Part shown: positions 56,946-64,000 of the stretch, piece by piece
How positions within the stretch are numbered: the stretch's first letter is position 1
Layout of the letters: each line of letters begins with the position of its first letter
NCBI RefSeq assembly: GCF_006345805.1
Contig: NC_042998.1
Span: forward strand, 117,738,001-117,802,000
Length of the DNA stretch: 64,000 nucleotides
DNA from: Octopus sinensis
Taxonomy: Eukaryota
Direction of reading: 5' to 3'
The notes under the pieces: model-generated
The model's database searches: none
What the model was told of the DNA's origin: nothing
What the model saw: the letters and a program-made list of their open reading frames with translations, nothing else
Made by a program: the position numbers and the translations under genes

Positions 56946-58458
56946 TTATTCTTTTAACCGATACCGGGTTTCAGTTCTGATTATAATACGCTAAATAAGT
57001 TAATTAACAATTTGTAGCTCATAAAACTTAAATTATTATACATTTTATATATATACTTGCTATTGAAATTAATAAGATATGGATATTTTATTATGGTTTT
57101 TAGTGATTAGGCTGTTTTTATTCCTTTTCTCTGATGCTCTACCCTAAATATCCTTTTATCCGATATCAGACATCAGTCTTTTATTGATATTAGCAAAATA
57201 TGTAAACATATAATTTTTAGTCTGATATATTTTGAATTATTATAATTTTTCTAAAAATCTTATCTATTGGTGTTATAAAGCTACATATACTTTACCATAG
57301 TATTAGTAATTAAGCCATTTTATTTCCTTTTTCTATGGTGTTCTGCCCTACTTGATTAGTTTATTCTATTTCTTTATTATTTCTAATTAGACTTTATTTA
57401 TTTATAAAATTAATCTAATTTTTGTATCTCTATAAATTCATACTTAGCTTATATAAAACTATACTGGTATATTCAATACTTATAAAAGGAACTACTGCTT
57501 AGATTATAATTATAATTAGCATGTTCCTTTACCTCAATACTCCTTTATTAATACCAATATGTGATGAGTTAATATTTAAGTGTACAATATGTATGCGTAT
57601 TAAACTATTTCTGGATAATTTCTTTTCCTCCCTCTATTGTGGTAAAAGTTGGGTATATACTCAAAAGTGTTCATAGATTTCTATCTTTTTGTTATAATAT
57701 TCTTTTTAATTATCCTTTGAATAACCCTAAAATGTATACAGTATAGCAACATTGTTTAAAATAATTAACTGTAGCACTACATGATAAGGCTTCCCGTGTT
57801 TCATTATCAATGGTCTGCTAGTGTGCGACCCCTTTAATTATCAGCTAATATCTTGTTTTAAGTTTTCCTTTACCAAACCTCATGATATTGCTTCTAATAA
57901 AACTTGACATTTATGACAATACCAACTATGATGTCTATATCATTCCTTAGCCCTATCCCTAACAGATACTGCCCTCTGTTCTCTCAGCCTTAGATATACA
58001 AGGGATTTGATAAACTATTCTATAAATTAAAACTGACCCCATAAAAAAATCAGTGACTGGCAGAGTATGTAACAATGTATAGCTGCTTGAAAAATTCAGT
58101 ATCTTCTAAACTGGAGTTGGGGTAGTATGCTCTTAGTCTATCCCCTTAACTTCTTGGAGAGTTTAGATATAATTATACAATTATGTCTATCTGTTCTAAT
58201 GTAATTAAACTCAATGTATTTGTGCAGCTGAAGATTGCTCAGCATTTTCAATTGATGTAAAGATTGCATTGTTCAAATAAATGGAGTTGCATAAAACGAT
58301 CGTACTGCATTACCTCTGGATATCCTTGTTGCTTATTTTGATTTTAATACCCTTACTTTGAAATTGTGTGGATAATACCGTACCAAATTCTGGTGCCTCA
58401 ACTTAAGTACCATATTCATCTGAATCTAAATTTTCGTTATATATATATATATATATAT

Positions 58459-58660
58459 GCAGCACGGACTTTGTCAGTGAACAGGTCGCGGTCTCAAAGC
58501 TACGAAAAGATTTTGACAAATTTAATTTAATGTTGAAGTGAATCTAACGGTTTTTGCGTGTTTCTTAAATGGCTTATAATCACTTTCCACGCTGCAATTG
58601 TTTTCGTTCCCGCACATAATCTCAGACCAGGTCACTTGCTATGCAAGTACATCTCCGTAA
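58459..58660 (+). mobile_element. Solo arm of the 21.6-kb foldback family, in (TA)n
   Basis: Reverse-complement match to 21566-21769. Confidence 0.9.
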
Positions 58661-58679
58661 TATATATGTATACATATAC

Positions 58680-58717
<38 letters not shown>

Positions 58718-58923
58718 ATATATGTACATACATACATACATAAGTAAATACATACATTCATACACACATATATCCATACATACATACATACATACATACA
58801 TACATACATACATACATACATAAGTAAATACATACATTCATGCACACATATATATCCATACACGTGCAGTATCGCCTGGCGTTGCTCTGGTTTGTTTCGA
58901 CCTGCTGGAATTGGAATTTTTGA

Positions 58924-59465
58924 AAATTTCCAAAAATCACCGAGGTAAAACTGAAGGAGGACGTATTCATAGGTCCGCAGATAAAAGAACTCCTGAAGGA
59001 CAACCACTTCCTTACAGCACTTGATGAGACTGAGCTTAAAGCCTGGGAATCCTTCAAATGGCTCTGTGAGATCTCTAGAGTTTAGCTGGAATGTTAGCGG
59101 ATGTTATACAGGGATGAACCTGAGATAAAACGCCATAGAATGTCCAAACCTCAAAGATTTTAAGTTGTTATGCATTTGAGTGTATTCTAACTTTTTTGTA
59201 CACAATAACTTTAATGAAATTATCGTATCTTTTGTTCAATATATTCTATATAGACATTCTTTACGTATCCTATAAGTTAAAACAGCAAGTATCATTAACA
59301 TGAACATTTGACCTGATAGATGAATTCGGATTCCAGATTTGTAATCAGCATCAAACATTAACCCAGAAAAGTCAATCAGCAACTCTGATGATTAAAAAGA
59401 GTTTCACTTTGTTGACCAGCGTTATTCTTTTAACCGATACCGGGTTTCAGTTCTGATTATAATAC
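58924..59465 (+). repeat. 542-bp direct duplication of 56448-56989
   Basis: Near-identical; I see 3 substitutions. Confidence 0.95.
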
Positions 59466-59546
59466 ATACATACATACATACATACATAGATACATACATA
59501 CATACATAAGTAAATACATACATTCATGCACACATATATCCATACA

Positions 59547-59938
59547 CTTGTAGTATCGCCTGGCGTTGCTCTGGTTTGTTTCGACCTGCTGGAATTGGAA
59601 TTTTTGAAAAGTAAAAATTTTGCATTATGTAGCTTGTTATTCTCTCCAAGTGAACATTTTTCTGGTTGAAATACACCGAAAAGTGGCGACACAGCAGTGA
59701 AAAAATCGTAAAAAATAGGGATTTTCATAGAAAAAAGCACCTTTTTGATATAAATAATTTTTGGTGTTCACATGGTCCGATTTGAATTTTATCTGCTACG
59801 GACGGAAGAGCAACTCTTCCTCTATCATACTCTCAATTTTAGTCAACTTGCGCCTCAGGGCCTCGGAGGAGATAGTGTTAGTTGAAGGTTACCAAACCTG
59901 GCACACACAGACAACTTCAGCTGTATATAGAGAGAGAT
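59547..59938 (-). mobile_element. Non-autonomous Helitron-like element
   Basis: The minus strand begins (A)TCTCTC..TATA and ends with a GC-rich imperfect hairpin (CCAGAGCAACGCCAGG) and a decayed CTAG. Confidence 0.6.
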
Positions 59939-60664
59939 AACACACACACATTAATACACATACATACACACACACACACACACACATGTATGTATGGATG
60001 TATGTATGTATATATGTACATTTGTCCACTTCTTGCCATATTTTTATCGTTCACTTCCTACACACACACACACTCACAGACACACACACAGACACACACA
60101 CACGCACGCACACACACACACACACACACACACCTTCTTATCTTACAATTTCTTTCTTTCAACAATTGACAACTGAAGTACGCTCGCAAATTAATACTAC
60201 GAAAACGTAGCGACAGAAAGTGAATTAAAAACCAATTTACCTTTTCTGTTGAGTTATTATGGCAATTCGACCGTCTGATTTCCTTAAATCCGTCTCTTTT
60301 CTTCATCTGAACTTACTTCTTATCGTTTCTTAAAGTCCTTTGTGAAATCTTGGAGTGTTTTTTTTTGTTCTTTCTCGAGAAAGTTTTGTTTCCTCCACAC
60401 TAAAAACTAACGGGAAGTAGACAACAGTCCAAGTACAATTGGTGTAATAGTGTAACTCATAATGTGAGCGGCTAGCATCTACTCACCATATGTCAGTGAA
60501 ATGTTGGTGTGTGTTTGCAAATGTGTTCGAATGAGAAAGTGAATTGTGTTTGGCGCCTTTTTTACTAATAACAAACACACAAGTGTGTGTGTGGGTTTGA
60601 GTGTTTGTACGTAGTTGTTCGAAACGTTTATGTTTGTCACTGTCATATATGTATATGTTCGCAA

Positions 60665-61084
60665 GGAGTAAAGCATTTGAAATAAGAGAGGAAAATCGTA
60701 AAATATTGAGTTTTCTTGAATTTTTGCTTTAATGGGGGTCAAATTGAAAGAAATTTATATGCCATGATCCATGGAATGTACTTCGAAAAATCATAGGTAA
60801 CTTCCAATTGAAGAAATTGAGTGAAGAGTAAATCGTTATGTATTTATTTGTTTCTGTTTCCTGTGTATTTTTTTGAGTAGTGGTTGAAGGTACACTTGCA
60901 AAGAGAAAGTAGGAGAAAGTGTGGTAATAGGAGTGAAGCAGTTGAAATTAGAGAAGCAAATCGTAAAATATTTAGTTTTCTCGAATTTTTGCTTAATTGG
61001 GGGTCAAATTGAAAAATATTTATATGCCATGACCCAATCGAATCTACTTCGAAAAATCATAGGTAAATTCCAATTGAAGAAATT
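60665..61084 (+). repeat. Diverged ~155-bp direct repeat (60665-60818 / 60930-61084)
   Basis: AAATCGTAAAATATT...TACTTCGAAAAATCATAGGTAA..TCCAATTGAAGAAATT occurs twice. Confidence 0.85.
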
Positions 61085-62910
61085 CTATATTGTACAATTG
61101 TATTAAAATGAAACATAGTCACAGGCAGAGAAAATCTGTCTTTTATCATAAGAGATACATACATACATACATGCATATGTGTGTGTGCGTGTGCGTGTGT
61201 GATTGTTTGGCTGTGTATGCTTATGTATGTATTTCCTATTGATGTTTCTTTTTTTATTTTGTGCGGCGTTCTGCATTCGAATGCGAAAGGACACTACCTA
61301 ATATGTATATCATTGTCAAGTTCTCGCTGAGTACATCTATAAAAAATGCATAATTATCGTAAATTATATCGCAATAAAGACTGCAGCACTCGTGCTGTCG
61401 AATCGAGGGTCAATATATATGCCATGAACAATTACATATATTTGTCATTTGAAGAATTCTTCAATAATTCATTTGCTTCATTCACTAAGTATCGGTAAAA
61501 CAGATTATGCGACCGTAGAATTTGTTTATTTTTTTCATTCGACTTACAAGGATGAGCAGTTAAACAATTTTCAAATCATGCCGTGTTGTATAGGAAAAGA
61601 AGGTTACTTATGCCATTAGTCTTTGATATATTGGCTGTAAGAGATATTGCTTGCTCTGTAGGAGAGCTTTGATGTAGTCATAGGTATACTCAAGAACGAG
61701 AACATATTGTCAATACTTCTTAGCAACTCTTTATAAAACAATATTTACTTACCGAATTCGTACTCACACTAAACTACTTCTACTTTTCCGGCAATATACC
61801 CACAAACGAGCTTTATATGTAAATATAATAACCTTCGCGACTATATCGGGGCCACGTCCATTTTCATTCAGTTTGCCATAGATTTCACAATCTCCCAAGT
61901 ACAACACTTCTTTTCATTTTGTGGATGTCTGAGTGCATAGCACACTCCAGCATTTTAGCTCCTGTTACAAATTTACTGACTTTAAGTTCTATATTTATTT
62001 CATCTCAGCTTAACCACTCAAATCAAATTAATTTTTCATAATCCCTTCTATAACCATGTCTGGATACGCAATGACATCAAATATTCTGCCTCTTCACACA
62101 ACATAATTAACCACACTTCGCAATATGTTGATGCAGACCGACATTTCCACTGTGCATTTCAACGTTTTTTCTCCAGTTATAACTCCTACATATACTACCA
62201 CCAACCATTTCCTTTTACCCAACATCTACTATCTTGTAACTTTCCCGTTCCAACATACAGATATCCAGTACTTACATGTGAATTTTGATATACTCCTTGA
62301 ACTTTCTCAGTATCTCTTACAGATGCGATTGCAATCTACGAAAACTTTTCTTCTCCCACTATGCACCCAACCTAGATTTTTCATGTTTGTTATCATAAAC
62401 TCTGTTAAACTTGTTTGTTCATCAGAAACATCAACATCATATGCACAGTTGTCACCTCCTCCTATACGCCTTTGTTTGATGTTTGAAAGGAAAAATAAAA
62501 TTTATAAAATGCCAACCTTTTTGTCTTAAGGTAGAACATTTTGGAAACCACTGATTAGATGTGCCGTCACGCTGACACGTTTTCATTTTCTTGTATGAAT
62601 CAGTGTTTCGTGTCCTTTCGAAAGAGCAAGTAACTAAGTAATTGGAATCAGTGTTAGATGTGTCTCTGACACTATTGTCAACTCCGTCATTAGTACAGTT
62701 ACAGATACTCTAACTTTGCCATTACAGCATTGTTGATCGTTAGTTGCCAACAATAGTGCTTTGATCTACATCGTTGTGTCTAACCTTTGTAGACATGTCG
62801 ACAGTATACCCATAATAAATAATGTCGGCCATCTTAGCTCCTACTACTATATACTATTATTAAATGTTGGTTAATTATTAGTATTAATAATAATAATAAT
62901 GATAATACCG

Positions 62911-62954
<44 letters not shown>

Positions 62955-62956
<2 letters not shown>

Positions 62957-63112
62957 TAGAGGGTAAGACTTGATGCCTGTTCTGTATCAAATGTGTAGAG
63001 GCTACTTCGTTAGCACATATTTTTGTTGATGGGTTGCGTCGACTTTTCATTTTTAACATCGTATTATATATCTATCCTTCTACCTGAGTTTGTCCAATAA
63101 CTACCCCCACAC

Positions 63113-63149
<37 letters not shown>

Positions 63150-63746
63150 CAACTTTCTCAACATACCCATGACGGTCTATCTGTCTATATAAACCCATTA
63201 TACAATATACAATACCATATATACATTACCATCAAACTATATTATAGTTTGATGGTATTGTATGCTCATCAAGCTATCTAAGCTCTCTTACCCAATTGTC
63301 TATCTAGCCTAATATATATCATGTTGGATTGGGTGGGATAACGCTTAAATATACTTTCTTATGTAGGTGTAGTAACGCATCTTGATATGTGTTTCAAATA
63401 TATTTATTAGTTATTATTGACCCCGTTAAGGTATTGGCGCATATAGAAATGTGCATATTCACAGGGAGATCGTGGTTTTTGAGGAACGACATTAAAATGA
63501 AACAAAAGTGAGGAAAGAGAACGGCCACCGGAATCAGTGGTTATTATGTTCAAAATAATAAAATAATAATAATAATAATAATAATAATGATAGAGGGTAA
63601 GACTTGATGCCTGTTCTGTATCAAATGTGTAGAGGCTACTTCGTTAGCACATATTTTTGTTGATGGGTTGCGTCGACTTTTCATTTTTAACATCGTATTA
63701 TATATCTATCCTTCTACCTGAGTTTGTCCAATAACTACCCCCACAC

Positions 63747-63789
<43 letters not shown>

Positions 63790-64000
63790 CAACTTTCTCA
63801 ACATACCCATGACGGTCTATCTGTCTATATAAACCCATTATACAATATACAATACCATATATACATTACCATCAAACTATATTATAGTTTGATGGTATTG
63901 TATGCTCATCAAGCTATCTAAGCTCTCTTACCCAATTGTCTATCTAGCCTAATATATATCATGTTGGATTGGGTGGGATAACGCTTAAATATACTTTCTT
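62955..64000 (+). repeat. Tandem duplication with period ~634 bp, bounded by (AAT)n and running off the window
   Basis: 62955-63360 is identical to 63589-64000 except for (TA)n length. Confidence 0.95.

Noticed and set aside
57000-58430. Possible ancient Penelope RT on the minus strand (similar hints at 5450-6350 and 29100-30000)
   Set aside because: Only scattered motif-like fragments, too decayed to support by eye.

Overview
AT-rich, microsatellite-dense eukaryotic DNA, most likely an octopus/cephalopod intergenic or intronic stretch (inferred from the SINE and LINE families). I found no host protein-coding exon. Almost all recognisable sequence is transposon-derived: (1) several decayed R4/Dong-clade LINEs sitting in (TAA)n arrays, including a palindromic pile-up of 3' tails at 13.6-15.7 kb; (2) a Penelope-like RT + GIY-YIG fragment with a twin-priming-type inversion; (3) CR1/L2-type fragments and tRNA-derived SINEs that share their 3' tail; (4) Merlin-like MITEs, a Chapaev3 fragment, Helitron/Helentron-type non-autonomous elements and a Tc1-like remnant. 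Two systems stand out. First, three unrelated short foldback elements (4.0-4.3 kb, 21.6-23.8 kb with a solo arm at 58.5 kb, and 25.3-25.8 kb) carry outward-pointing minimal hammerhead-ribozyme motifs in asymmetric inverted arms. One of them is fused to a tRNA-like Pol III head, so it looks like a Penelope-mobilised ribozyme SINE. Second, three divergent ORF1-only (HAL1-like, zinc-knuckle) retroelements are each inserted with a TSD into other small non-autonomous transposons. All calls were made by eye, and boundaries of decayed elements are approximate.
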